64,000 bases of DNA, taken from IMG/VR virus record IMGVR_UViG_3300021387_001585, positions 1-64,000 of that record, one strand, 5' to 3'. The position numbers and the translations under genes are program-made. Numbering within the stretch: position 1 is the stretch's first letter; every line of letters starts with the position of its first letter. This stretch comes from a virus (taxonomy: Duplodnaviria; Caudoviricetes). This document shows positions 1 through 9,857 of the stretch, piece by piece. The notes beneath the pieces were generated by a model. The model made no database searches, was not told where the DNA came from, and saw only the letters and a program-made list of their open reading frames with translations.

Positions 1-72
1 GTCCGCGACAATCTTTGCATAGCATACATTGTCGGAATTGAGAATGAGATTTTGTTGAATAAATACGACCAT
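1..72 (-). CDS. 5' part of a tail-associated ORF, truncated by the window edge (MGRIYSTK...)
   Basis: ATG at 70-72 after an A-rich leader; open to the window edge; N-terminus resembles the neighbouring MGQIIYGK. Confidence 0.45.
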   Translation of the reverse strand, partial: MVVFIQQNLILNSDNVCYAKIVAD

Positions 73-95
73 AATTCTATATCTAAAAACTTCAC

Positions 96-1085
96 TTAGT
101 AATAGAAACCGCCTTCAATCTCGTTAAGGAGAGCCTGAGCGGCATCAGCACCACACACATCGGTGGAAGCATAAGAGGTTGTCTTGTCGATGCCATGAAT
201 AATCGCAAGACTTGACGCATCACCCGTCACACCCGTATCACCCTTCGGCCCCTGTGGGCCTGGCACGCCCTGGATGCCTTGCGGCCCCTGAGCGCCGGTT
301 GCCCCCTTCAGGTTCTGGAAGCTGAGCGACAGCGTGCTGCCACTTACCGATGCACTGCCCGATGGTGTGCCGGTGTTGTTGTCCACCGTCACGTTCACTG
401 TGCTGATGGTATCCTGCTTCGCGTCGATGGCCGTCTTCACACCGCCGCTCTTCACGGGATTGTTGCTGTTGGCGGTCGGAGCATTGTCGAACGTTAGCGT
501 GTCCTGCTTCGCTGCCAAAGCAGTGTTCATCGCAGCAGGCTGCACAGCTGTCGCACCAGCGGCAGCACCGCTGCGAATCGTGGAGAGGTCGCTGATAGCG
601 TCTTGTTTCGCACTTACCTCGTCAGTGGTTGCAAGAGATAATTCGCCAGCCATCCATCCGTTGGCGACGGTCCACTTGTAATAATATATCGTTGCCTCGT
701 TAATGTCTTTTTCTGAGAACACCATGTGGGTCGGTGATATTTCCTCAACAGGCAAGTAGTTGCCTTCAGACACTAATATCACCGGCTTGCCGGACATAAA
801 GTCGTTGTAAACCTTGTTTCCGTCGACAGTCTCCCATGCTTCGACGATTACTATTCCACCATTATCGTTTATCAGTTCTACGGTGAGGTTCTTAGCAGCC
901 GTGCTGCCGTCACCCTTGATGTAAGCGTCGTAGACACCCGTGCCATTCACCTTGGTGGCGTTGGTGGTATCAACCAGCCATATCTCGCCGTTGGCAAGAA
1001 CAGTATCAGCCTTACTGCCACCCGTCTGGATGGCGGCAAGATTGCAATACCTTGGCATTTGTTTACCGTAAATTATCTGTCCCAT
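96..1085 (-). CDS. tail fibre-like protein with a short collagen (GXY) segment
   Basis: GATGAQGPQGIQGVPGPQGPKGDTG; repeated AKQD motifs; PTANSNNPVKSGGV motif typical of fibres. Confidence 0.7.
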   Translation of the reverse strand: MGQIIYGKQMPRYCNLAAIQTGGSKADTVLANGEIWLVDTTNATKVNGTGVYDAYIKGDGSTAAKNLTVELINDNGGIVIVEAWETVDGNKVYNDFMSGKPVILVSEGNYLPVEEISPTHMVFSEKDINEATIYYYKWTVANGWMAGELSLATTDEVSAKQDAISDLSTIRSGAAAGATAVQPAAMNTALAAKQDTLTFDNAPTANSNNPVKSGGVKTAIDAKQDTISTVNVTVDNNTGTPSGSASVSGSTLSLSFQNLKGATGAQGPQGIQGVPGPQGPKGDTGVTGDASSLAIIHGIDKTTSYASTDVCGADAAQALLNEIEGGFYY

Positions 1086-1106
1086 ATATATTCAATTTTG
1101 TGCTTT

Positions 1107-1679
1107 TTAATTTGGATAATATTCTCCGCTCAGCAAATCATCCACTTCACTCTTTGTATAGAAGTTATCCCTCAGCAAGTCTGCCGAAATAAGCCTTCCC
1201 GTAGTTTCCGTTCCAGCATCAATCTTCGCCTGAGTAAGTGCCGAATAGGTAGTGTTGTTGTCAGTGCTATGCCCCAGGAACACCCAGTAAGTGCCATCAT
1301 ACATATAGTTGATGTACCTGTTGGCATACCCTGCAAAAGCACTCTTCGCAGCAGCCAGTACAGCATTGTTATACCAAATCCTGATAGCCCCCGTTCCATT
1401 CACGTTAAGCTCTGGGGTGGTGCTTGTCGAAGTATTTGTAGCAGAGAACTTCACAGAGATAAGCGTACCCACAAGCGGCTTGCCTTCAGCATCAAGAGGG
1501 AAATCCTCAACAGTGCATATCTTCGGATTTGTGGCAGCAGCAGTAGAGCAGGAACCCACGTAGACCCTTGCAGTAGGGTGAGCCGCCAGGTCACTCTTCT
1601 TGGCGAAGGTAGCCTTCATCCTTGCCCACAGGGTAAGGACACCCGCCTTATCCAGGTATTCCCTTAACGTGGTTGCCAT
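1107..1679 (-). CDS. tail fibre-associated protein
   Basis: TPELNVNGTGA...YDGTYWV fibre-type domain; N-terminus shared with the adjacent gene. Confidence 0.6.
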   Translation of the reverse strand: MATTLREYLDKAGVLTLWARMKATFAKKSDLAAHPTARVYVGSCSTAAATNPKICTVEDFPLDAEGKPLVGTLISVKFSATNTSTSTTPELNVNGTGAIRIWYNNAVLAAAKSAFAGYANRYINYMYDGTYWVFLGHSTDNNTTYSALTQAKIDAGTETTGRLISADLLRDNFYTKSEVDDLLSGEYYPN

Positions 1680-1685
1680 ATATCG

Positions 1686-3206
1686 TTACACGCAGTTTTC
1701 AGTGATCCAGGTCTCGTCGATACGTGATACGTTCAAGTTGCTCTGCACAACGCTGAAGTCGCTGGCCTTGAAGGCAGTGCCGTAGTCGGTTACGCAGAAG
1801 ATCATGTCGCCGACCTCGCAAGTCTCACCGGCATACTCGCCTGCTGTGCCCACAATCCAGTACATGCCTTTCTTGTAGTTGGTGGGAGCGAACCCGGACG
1901 TTCCTGCAGCAGGAACCGTGCCCTGGAAGTTTGCAGCGCCCACCTGTGCTGCCGCGATGGCATCGGCCACGGCCTTCGACGTGGGAACGTTAGTGCTTGT
2001 GCTTCCTGCGGGAATGGAGGTGTCGACACCCTTGGCGCAAGCAGCAGCAAGCGTATAGCCGTTGTAGGTCTTGTTGGTCAGGGCCTGTTCGTCGTCGAGG
2101 TTCACCGTTTCCTTGCTGTTGCTATAGAGCTTGTTGCCGGTAGCAAACACACCCGCCTGCGAGAATGTCTGCGGGTTTGCGCCCTGCGTCTTTGCGCCGA
2201 CCAGGAACAGCTTGGCAACGTCGTTGGTACTGCCGGTGGTGTTCTTGGTATCAGTGCCGATGCTGTCGGCACTCTTCCCGGAGTCCACGAGGTTGCCGTT
2301 GGCATCCAGCGTGACCACGTTACCGGCGGTTGCGCCGCTGACTTTGTCGGCCTTTCCGCTGATGTCCTGGTGCGCTGTGAGTACCGTCGCACTGAGTCCT
2401 GTCTTCAGTTGGATATTCGTCTTGTCGGCATTGGCTCCCGTTCCCGGCGTAATGGCCAATTCTGATACATTAGCTTTGCTAGTGTCGCTCGGGTGCTGAT
2501 GGTCGCCGCGTGCGAATGCCGTCTCCGTACCTACCACTGCCGTTGCTGCGTCCATTTTCGGAGCTGTCGAAGAAGCAGCTGCGCCTTCCGGCACGTCGTC
2601 CTGCGTGATGAAGCCGCTGTCGTTGGTGAGCTCCGACGTCTTCTTCGGCGTAGTGACACTGATGGTCAGCTTGTCGTTGGCAGCATCCGGCGTGATGGTC
2701 ACGTCGCCCCCTGCGGCAATCGTCAGTGTGTCCGTCTTCGTGTCGGCGGCGATGGTCGTGCTGCCGACCTTCACGTTCGAGAAGGTGTTCTGGTTCACCT
2801 CTGCACCCTCTGCGATGCCTCCCAGCTTCGTTTTCTCGGCAGCGGTGTAAGCCTTGTTGTCGGTTCCGTCCTGGATCATGTCGGCCGACAGCTTGTGCGT
2901 TGCATCAATCACGTCCTGCTTGCCTGAGATGTCCTGATGCGCGTTGAGCACCGTGGCACTCGTTCCGTCTTTCAGCGTGATGGTCGTCTTGTCGCCACTT
3001 GTACTGACGCTCATCTCGCTCTTGTCGGCCTTTCCGCTGATGTCCTGGTGCTCAGTCAGTGGCGTGACGCTGTCAGTGCCGATGTGGATAGTCGGTGTGC
3101 CGTTGGTCGTGGTGATTTTGGCATAGCCTTTCACCCATGCTTTCATCTGGGCCCAGACAGAAAGCACGCCGCTCTTATCCAAATACTCTCTTAAAGTCGT
3201 TGCCAT
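1686..3206 (-). CDS. tail fibre protein
   Basis: Three HQDISGK repeats; KLGGIAEGAEVN and FARGDHQHPSDTS fibre motifs. Confidence 0.7.
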   Translation of the reverse strand: MATTLREYLDKSGVLSVWAQMKAWVKGYAKITTTNGTPTIHIGTDSVTPLTEHQDISGKADKSEMSVSTSGDKTTITLKDGTSATVLNAHQDISGKQDVIDATHKLSADMIQDGTDNKAYTAAEKTKLGGIAEGAEVNQNTFSNVKVGSTTIAADTKTDTLTIAAGGDVTITPDAANDKLTISVTTPKKTSELTNDSGFITQDDVPEGAAASSTAPKMDAATAVVGTETAFARGDHQHPSDTSKANVSELAITPGTGANADKTNIQLKTGLSATVLTAHQDISGKADKVSGATAGNVVTLDANGNLVDSGKSADSIGTDTKNTTGSTNDVAKLFLVGAKTQGANPQTFSQAGVFATGNKLYSNSKETVNLDDEQALTNKTYNGYTLAAACAKGVDTSIPAGSTSTNVPTSKAVADAIAAAQVGAANFQGTVPAAGTSGFAPTNYKKGMYWIVGTAGEYAGETCEVGDMIFCVTDYGTAFKASDFSVVQSNLNVSRIDETWITENCV

Positions 3207-3227
3207 ATACTTTTTGTTTTGTGTTGG

Positions 3228-3431
3228 TTATACTAAGTTCTCCACCAGCCACTCCCAGCTGATAGGTTGTATGGGCACCTGCTCGTCGAGCTTCACCTTG
3301 TCCTCCTTGCTCATGGTGCCGTCGGTACGCTGGGTGGCATTCTCCAAGTCCTCGATCTTGTTGAGCAGTTCATCAACGTGCTCACCAGACCTGACAACTC
3401 CGTCACGATTTGATATATATCCTTTAGCCAT
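3228..3431 (-). CDS. small fibre-associated protein
   Basis: ATQRTDGTMSKEDKVKLD fibre repeat motif. Confidence 0.55.
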   Translation of the reverse strand: MAKGYISNRDGVVRSGEHVDELLNKIEDLENATQRTDGTMSKEDKVKLDEQVPIQPISWEWLVENLV

Positions 3432-3437
3432 ACCGAA

Positions 3438-3755
3438 TTATTTAACCTTGAAATATCCTTCCTCGACGATGAACGGGCCTTCGCCCACATAGAACACCTT
3501 GTAGTTGAGCCCAACCTTGCAGACCAGACCGACTGTCACCTTCAGTTCTGTATTGCGACAGCTCGCGGTGATGTCAGGAATGGAATTTTTGCATTGGGCT
3601 TTTACGACAATTATCACATTCCTGTTTTCGGCTCCTACGGACATTTTCTCCTGCGCGGGTATGACAGAAACGACAGGAACGCTGTTCCTCGCTGTAACAT
3701 TCGTTTTAATGTCACAGGCTGTCTTATCCCATATTTTTACTGTCAAGCACCCCAT
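3438..3755 (-). CDS. hypothetical protein (tail module)
   Basis: ORF in a tightly packed operon. Confidence 0.5.
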   Translation of the reverse strand: MGCLTVKIWDKTACDIKTNVTARNSVPVVSVIPAQEKMSVGAENRNVIIVVKAQCKNSIPDITASCRNTELKVTVGLVCKVGLNYKVFYVGEGPFIVEEGYFKVK

Positions 3756-3765
3756 AGCAGTGTTT

Positions 3766-4083
3766 TTATTTTGAGCATGTCACCGTCTTGATATAGCACA
3801 GGTCGCGCACCAGCACTTCGCGGCGATACCCTTTCTTGAAATCGCCGTCATTGACCTTGGCCGTGACAATCATCTTCACCAGTCCGGTACCAAGGCGCGT
3901 AGAGTCGACACACAGGTAGTGTCCATCTTCCCCGTCCACGATTTCCGATTTCGGAATGACGATTTGTGCATCGTCGCTCTCCAGCCGGATTTCGTAGTCG
4001 TCCTCGTCCTGATTGAAGCCTGGCGCCTCAATCGTCAAGAGGAACTTCAGGTCTGTGCCAACGTAATATCCGTTCAGTTTCAT
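3766..4083 (-). CDS. hypothetical beta-rich tail or baseplate-associated protein
   Basis: Operon context; Ig-like beta-strand pattern. Confidence 0.5.
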   Translation of the reverse strand: MKLNGYYVGTDLKFLLTIEAPGFNQDEDDYEIRLESDDAQIVIPKSEIVDGEDGHYLCVDSTRLGTGLVKMIVTAKVNDGDFKKGYRREVLVRDLCYIKTVTCSK

Positions 4084-4095
4084 GTCGGTCAGTTT

Positions 4096-4266
4096 TTAAC
4101 TTTCGTAATACTCTCCGTGCAGCGCAGCAAAGACACCCTTGCTGCTGACGGGATAATCGCTGTCCTCCGCAGGAGCATCGTCGACTTTCTCCACCTGATG
4201 AAGGATTTCGTCAACCTCCTTGCTGCTGTAGGAAATGTATCTCGGGTCAATGTTTACTCGTGCCAT
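4096..4266 (-). CDS. 56-aa tail-module protein (MARVNIDPRY...GEYYES), below the ORF-track cutoff
   Basis: Translated by hand; shares SKEVDEIL and GEYY motifs with neighbours; promoter-like motif upstream. Confidence 0.6.
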   Translation of the reverse strand: MARVNIDPRYISYSSKEVDEILHQVEKVDDAPAEDSDYPVSSKGVFAALHGEYYES

Positions 4267-4341
4267 TCGTTTTTGCGTTGTTGTTTTCGGTCAATATACA
4301 GATTTACCAGTTTGTCATCAAGGGCACATCAGGAAGTCGTG

Positions 4342-7300
4342 CTAAAAGATTGCCGTCGATTCGACGATTGCCCAGAAGTACTGGCTTTCACTTTGCGCGA
4401 CGCCAGTCTCAAAGATTGGCATCGACACAAACGTCGTTTTCTTTCCGGCGGCCAAAATAGCAGTGTAGCTGACATAAGTGTAGTCAACCATCAGTTTCTT
4501 ATACTCCGTCGATATATATACACCTTCAAAATCGGACTGGCTGGTATTGGAAACCTTGGCAAACACGTTGCTACGGTACCGGATGTTGTCATAGTAAGAA
4601 TCAGGGTTGTCATTCGGAGAATCGGCACACTGCACATTCACAGACTGTGATGTATGGTTATATATTTCCACCATCTTGCCCGGGTACAACCTCGGAGAAG
4701 GAAGATAGATGCAATCAAAATCGGCACCAGGAATGACAAAGACCTTCTGCTTGTTGCCCGTAACGGGGCACCACCCTGGAGGCAACGTCTCATCAGGGAA
4801 TGTGCTGCTAAAGAAGGCTGCCAAATCCTGTCGCTTAGCCAGGTCGACAATATCTCCCTCTGAAAATGCCTGACAGACGTCGTACCATTCACTGCCGCTC
4901 GTCGGGTAATTACTATGTCCCCGGAACGTGTCTCTATACAGCAACGCGATACACGTATCAGTTTCCACATCCCCGACGAACATCGTAGAGACGTAGAAGT
5001 TGTCGGCCCGCACCGTACCGCTGATATTGGCGGCACCCTGGAAAGACTCACCCGTGCGCAGGTTGACGGCCCAGTTGGGCGCAAAGGTCGCCCTTGCGCC
5101 CCCTTGCGGATATTCAGGATTGAACCAAGCATACGGCACTGCCGTGTTACCGTCGAACGTATAGGGTGTCTCGTAGTTTGCCTCGTTGACTTCCGTATAT
5201 GCGTTGGCCGAGGTGTAGAGTTTTCCGTACTGCGAATACATCCAGTCGCCACAGAAAATGGAACTGGCCATCTTTCCGTAGTCCATGATGCCAAACTTGG
5301 CATAGACCACGTCCACTTGCGACATGAGCGTCCACTTGGAAGATGTGCCCGGCATGTCAGAGGCAGAAGCGCTGGTGGTGTTCAGGTAGTAATAGCTGTT
5401 GTTGGGCTGATAGAGCACGTAAGGTCGGCTGTCGCCGTTGGCCGTGTAAGTCTTTGCCTCCCAGATGCCTGCAGGATAGAGCATGGCACCCGCAGAGCCA
5501 GGGGTGCCGTCGGCGCCCCTTTTGTTGCCAACGACCGTGATGGTGATGTTTCTCGACACATTGTCGGCCGTAGCCTTCACGACCACGCGTCCCGCGTTGG
5601 AAAGGTCTCGGTTGGCCGGGTTAGTATATCTCGTGCCATTGTACATGATAAAGACAGTTCCCGCACTTGTCACAGAACCTACGGCCTTGCCATTGGCATC
5701 ATACACAGCGTCTCCGGCAGCGACTTGTGGGTAGTTCTTTTCCGTATAGACAACCCTTGAACCATTCTTCCAGGCCACGCCTGCATAGATCAGTACCGTG
5801 GAACCCGTCACGCGAGCCACGCAATTCTCGGCGCTCTCCACCACCGCAGTGAAGTCGACCTGCCCGGTGCCTTTGTACATTGTGAGTTCAACCTCCTTGG
5901 CAACATTCTCGATGCACAAGCCTGAAGAATTGCATTCAAAGGACACCGACGGTGGGTCGGCTGTCAATGAGTATGCGTCTTCGCCCGGTTCGCCCGGTTC
6001 GCCATCTTCGCCGTCCTGTCCGTCAGCCACGACCGGTACCGTCTCGCGGTCAATCAGTTCCGTGACGTCGTCTTCAGAAGTAATGGTGTCGGTGCTGTTC
6101 GTGCAAAGAATAAACTCGACGGCATCGTAAGTGGCAGGAGCCACGCCTATTGTTGCGAGCGCAGCATAAGCATTAGCAGAGCCATAACGATAGTAGGTGA
6201 ACCATTTTTTTGAAGACCTTGAACGCAGTCGGTAGTAGATGTAGTAAGTGTTATCAATCAAGTTCTTCTCATCGGCGACGATTGTAAACACGCCCCCTTC
6301 GTTCTTGACGTATCCACATGTCAGCACGACATTTGTGGGTGTATAGCCCCCAGCGTCGGTACGTGAGACATTGATCTGACTGAGACTTGGCTTCAGGTTG
6401 TAGATGACTGCGTCACCGCCGTTGGCTCCCGGGCGGATGCCGTTGACGGTGAAATGCAGCGTTCGTGTAACAGTTTCGTCAGCATTGGCCAACGTGATTT
6501 CGTAGTCGTCTTTACCGTTGATGGTGGCAGTATTGATGTAAGTAATTGCCACCGTGTGCGACAGAGCAGTGGTATTGGTGGATGTCTGTGCCACTCCGTC
6601 AATTTTCACGGTGACACCCGTTCCCATCGTTGACGAACTGTTTCGCTTGACAGAGACGATCTTGAAATTTTGAGGGTTGCTGCCATAGTACAGGGCAAGT
6701 GTCGTCTCCACTTCTTGCGTGCGCGATGGTCTTCCGCTGAAGTTGCATGCCACGCTATCCATTTCGTTGTCGAGGTCGGCCACCCACGGCGAGGTGCCGT
6801 CGGCTCCCTTCACATAGTTCCATTCGTAGAGCTTGGCGGCGGCCAGTTTTTCTGCATCCGTCTGTGCGTTGGCCCCTGGGTCTGTCTCATTGTGGTCAAC
6901 ACGCAGTCCTATCCACGGATAGTCGTCGCGCTGCTTCGTGACAGAGAATCCAGTGACGGCCGTCACCACACCTCCGACGAGCGTCACCTCCTCGGCGTAG
7001 GCAATGTGCATATAGCTGTTCTCGCCCGGCTCGCCTTTGAACTCGCCGAGGTCTTTCCAGTTGTCAGGGAAGCTGCCTTCCCCCGTATAGAAATAGAGGT
7101 GCCGGTTTGCATTCACCACATAGCAGTCGCCGACGGCCACGCCCGTCAGTCCCTGCAGGGAGGTCTGTCCGCTCTGGGCATCAGCCGAATACAGCACATC
7201 GACGCTGTCGCGCAGCTGCACGCCCGTGCCGTCGGAGCCCTCCGCCTTGATGTCGGTCTTCTCGCCGTTCTTGTACCAGTAGCCATCATCGCCGATGGTC

Positions 7301-9723
7301 CACACGTCGGCATCCTTTGCCCACTTCGACCAGAGCGACATCTTATAGTCGTTGTTCTTACCCGTGAACTTCGTCCACGCACGGCTGCCGTCGGCAGCAG
7401 CACTGGCCTTGCTGCGCATGGCCACCCATTCGTAGGGGTACGTCTCGTCAGGCCCTGCCGGTTCGTCCGTCGTCTTCAGCTGCTCTGCCTGGGAAGCGGT
7501 GCGGCTTGCTGCCGTGATGTTCGGCAGGAACTCGTCAGACAGGTAGCCATCCTGCGTGGAGTCCATGACAGGCGGCACGGCCTTCTTGGTGCGCATGAAC
7601 ACATACTCCGTGCCGTCGCCGTCCATGCCATTGCGTCCGTAGTGACTCCAGAGTATCGGCGCATCGGTGCTGGAACCCGTGCCCTGACGGCCTCGCCAGG
7701 CGCCCCAAGCACGAGTATCTGTCCCCGTGGCTGTCTGCGTGCGGTAGCAAGCATATTCATAGATATATTCAGAGTCGACGCCCTGTGGGTGGTTGCTCCA
7801 TCCTTCAGGCACGTAACCGTCGCGGTCTTCGCTCGTCGTGGGAAGGGCCGGCACGCCGTCGGACTCCCTCACCTTCTTATAGATCCACTCCGTGCCGTCG
7901 CCGTCTTCACCCGGCGTGCCGTTGTCACCGCTGATGCGAACAGGCGTTGCCCATTCGTCGACGGTATTATCCTGCGTGTTGAGCTGTCCCGTCGACATCC
8001 AGAGAAAACCGTTGTCGGTGCGGTTGGGGGCCGACTTATACCACCCAGTGCTCGCGGCAGGCGGGTAAGCCTTGGAGGCAGGCACGGTTGGCGGCGTGTC
8101 GCCGCTGGCGTCCCACTTGAAGATGCTCACCGTATTGCCGCCGGGACTGCCGTCGGCACCATAATGGCTCCAGATGACAGGAGCATGGAAGTCGCCCCAC
8201 TGGTTGGTTGTGTTGTCATGGTCGCGCCACGACGCATATTCAGTATCGCCCGACTCGCTGACACCTACAGGGTCGTCGGTCCAGTCGACCGGCACAAACT
8301 CATCATCCTGAAATTCCTTGCCGCGGTTCGCCACCTTACTGTCGTAGCCCTCGCTGCTGTTCAGTCGGTATATCCATTCACGGTCGCTACCATCCTCTCC
8401 GTCGCGCACGAACGCAATGCTGGCGGCCGACAGTTCAACGCCTGCCGCATTCCGCAGCCGCACGTCGAGACTTTTCTGCGCTGAGAATGCGCTGATGGGA
8501 ATATTCGCCTTTGCTTCTGCTGACGACGTACCTGCGAACTCCAGCTCGGTAGCGCTGTCATCGGATGCACCCGATGCGACATAGAGCACCGTGAGCTGTG
8601 CGGCATCGAATAATGCCTGCGTGAGAAAGAACACCGAGCCGTCCTGCTTCACGGCACGGATGCGCACGTCGATGCCCTCACTGGGAGAATACTGCTCCGT
8701 GACGGGGCTATAGCTGGCGATATGCGTGCTCAGGGCCAGCTCGTATCGCTCTGCCGTTTCGGCGAGAATGGTGATGGCGGCTGAAGCCAGTTCAATGAGC
8801 ACGGGTTCTTCCTCAGTATCTTCAGGGTTTCCGGAGGAATCGGAGCTTTCGGAATTTTCCGAATCATCAGAAGGTTCCTGTTCGCCCCACGCCGTGATGA
8901 CAAATGCCGCTGCCGGAGCCCCGTTGAAGTCGTCGGCATCATGAGCGTGAGAGAGCGTCACCTGTCCGTTGGTCATGGTGCGTGGAGTCGGTTCCGCCTC
9001 CGGATCGGCATCCTCTGCCACCGGGAAGTTCCACGCCGCGTCAGCTTCGGCATCGCCCGTGTCGCGACGGATGGTCCACCGCTTCACCTTACCGGCGTCC
9101 ACGCTGCCGTCCCATCCTTCCACCAACTTAGCCACAATGTTGATATTCTCCTCCCATGCAACGTAGGGCACGCCAGCCTCCTTGCTGTTGGTAATCTCCA
9201 CGCGCAGCGGCAGTTCGTCGGGATTCAGTTCCCATTCCTCATTGTACTGGTCGGTGCCGAGAATGCCCGTATCGTAAGAGACAGAGCGCTGACCTCCCTC
9301 GGGCAGACTGACATCTCCCAAACGAATGAACCAGTAGGACTCGATGGCGCTGATGACATCGGCCGAAGGCGTATAGCTGATGATGCTAAACCCGTCTTTC
9401 GTGACGCATGGGTACTTGTCGGAGAAGTTCACCCCGTCCCACACCTTTGGTGCGAATACGAGGTAGCCTGCCGTTCCGTTCTTCTGCAGGCGTGCATAGA
9501 TGGTGTAAGGAGAATCTGAATTAGCCAGACGGCGGTTGAGACCAGACAGCAGCCACTCCTGGTAATTGCCGTTTACCGTATTGATGCCTGCAGCAGCCGA
9601 GAATACCTTTATCTTTGCGTTCTCGGTGACAGATACCGCCAGGTCGTTTTGTGAGCCGTTGGCATTGGGAATGATGCTGATAGCAGATGGTGCTATGTAG
9701 TGAATAGGTGATGTACGTGGCAT
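4342..9723 (-). CDS. large tail fibre or host-specificity protein (about 1790 aa)
   Basis: Repeated DGxDG linkers, repeated W-rich modules (WSHYG) and Ig-like segments; ATG at 9723 (TTG at 9732 is an alternative). Confidence 0.75.
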   Translation of the reverse strand: MPRTSPIHYIAPSAISIIPNANGSQNDLAVSVTENAKIKVFSAAAGINTVNGNYQEWLLSGLNRRLANSDSPYTIYARLQKNGTAGYLVFAPKVWDGVNFSDKYPCVTKDGFSIISYTPSADVISAIESYWFIRLGDVSLPEGGQRSVSYDTGILGTDQYNEEWELNPDELPLRVEITNSKEAGVPYVAWEENINIVAKLVEGWDGSVDAGKVKRWTIRRDTGDAEADAAWNFPVAEDADPEAEPTPRTMTNGQVTLSHAHDADDFNGAPAAAFVITAWGEQEPSDDSENSESSDSSGNPEDTEEEPVLIELASAAITILAETAERYELALSTHIASYSPVTEQYSPSEGIDVRIRAVKQDGSVFFLTQALFDAAQLTVLYVASGASDDSATELEFAGTSSAEAKANIPISAFSAQKSLDVRLRNAAGVELSAASIAFVRDGEDGSDREWIYRLNSSEGYDSKVANRGKEFQDDEFVPVDWTDDPVGVSESGDTEYASWRDHDNTTNQWGDFHAPVIWSHYGADGSPGGNTVSIFKWDASGDTPPTVPASKAYPPAASTGWYKSAPNRTDNGFLWMSTGQLNTQDNTVDEWATPVRISGDNGTPGEDGDGTEWIYKKVRESDGVPALPTTSEDRDGYVPEGWSNHPQGVDSEYIYEYACYRTQTATGTDTRAWGAWRGRQGTGSSTDAPILWSHYGRNGMDGDGTEYVFMRTKKAVPPVMDSTQDGYLSDEFLPNITAASRTASQAEQLKTTDEPAGPDETYPYEWVAMRSKASAAADGSRAWTKFTGKNNDYKMSLWSKWAKDADVWTIGDDGYWYKNGEKTDIKAEGSDGTGVQLRDSVDVLYSADAQSGQTSLQGLTGVAVGDCYVVNANRHLYFYTGEGSFPDNWKDLGEFKGEPGENSYMHIAYAEEVTLVGGVVTAVTGFSVTKQRDDYPWIGLRVDHNETDPGANAQTDAEKLAAAKLYEWNYVKGADGTSPWVADLDNEMDSVACNFSGRPSRTQEVETTLALYYGSNPQNFKIVSVKRNSSSTMGTGVTVKIDGVAQTSTNTTALSHTVAITYINTATINGKDDYEITLANADETVTRTLHFTVNGIRPGANGGDAVIYNLKPSLSQINVSRTDAGGYTPTNVVLTCGYVKNEGGVFTIVADEKNLIDNTYYIYYRLRSRSSKKWFTYYRYGSANAYAALATIGVAPATYDAVEFILCTNSTDTITSEDDVTELIDRETVPVVADGQDGEDGEPGEPGEDAYSLTADPPSVSFECNSSGLCIENVAKEVELTMYKGTGQVDFTAVVESAENCVARVTGSTVLIYAGVAWKNGSRVVYTEKNYPQVAAGDAVYDANGKAVGSVTSAGTVFIMYNGTRYTNPANRDLSNAGRVVVKATADNVSRNITITVVGNKRGADGTPGSAGAMLYPAGIWEAKTYTANGDSRPYVLYQPNNSYYYLNTTSASASDMPGTSSKWTLMSQVDVVYAKFGIMDYGKMASSIFCGDWMYSQYGKLYTSANAYTEVNEANYETPYTFDGNTAVPYAWFNPEYPQGGARATFAPNWAVNLRTGESFQGAANISGTVRADNFYVSTMFVGDVETDTCIALLYRDTFRGHSNYPTSGSEWYDVCQAFSEGDIVDLAKRQDLAAFFSSTFPDETLPPGWCPVTGNKQKVFVIPGADFDCIYLPSPRLYPGKMVEIYNHTSQSVNVQCADSPNDNPDSYYDNIRYRSNVFAKVSNTSQSDFEGVYISTEYKKLMVDYTYVSYTAILAAGKKTTFVSMPIFETGVAQSESQYFWAIVESTAIF

Positions 9724-9777
9724 TTTTTTCAAACTATAAGTTGACTGATGCCAATTTACAATTCCACACGCGCCCTA

Positions 9778-9802
9778 TCAAGGGCATTTCAAATGCCCTT
9801 GA
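9778..9802. promoter_or_regulatory. back-to-back GCCCTTGA late-promoter motifs (also 4318-4325 on minus, 14297-14304 on plus)
   Basis: Same octamer 50-55 nt upstream of four structural or lysis starts, each with a degenerate -7 box 19 nt downstream. Confidence 0.6.
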
Positions 9803-9857
9803 CCCAATGAATGGAGGTGCGTATTTTCGCTGATATATAACGACGACGTATCAGCAC

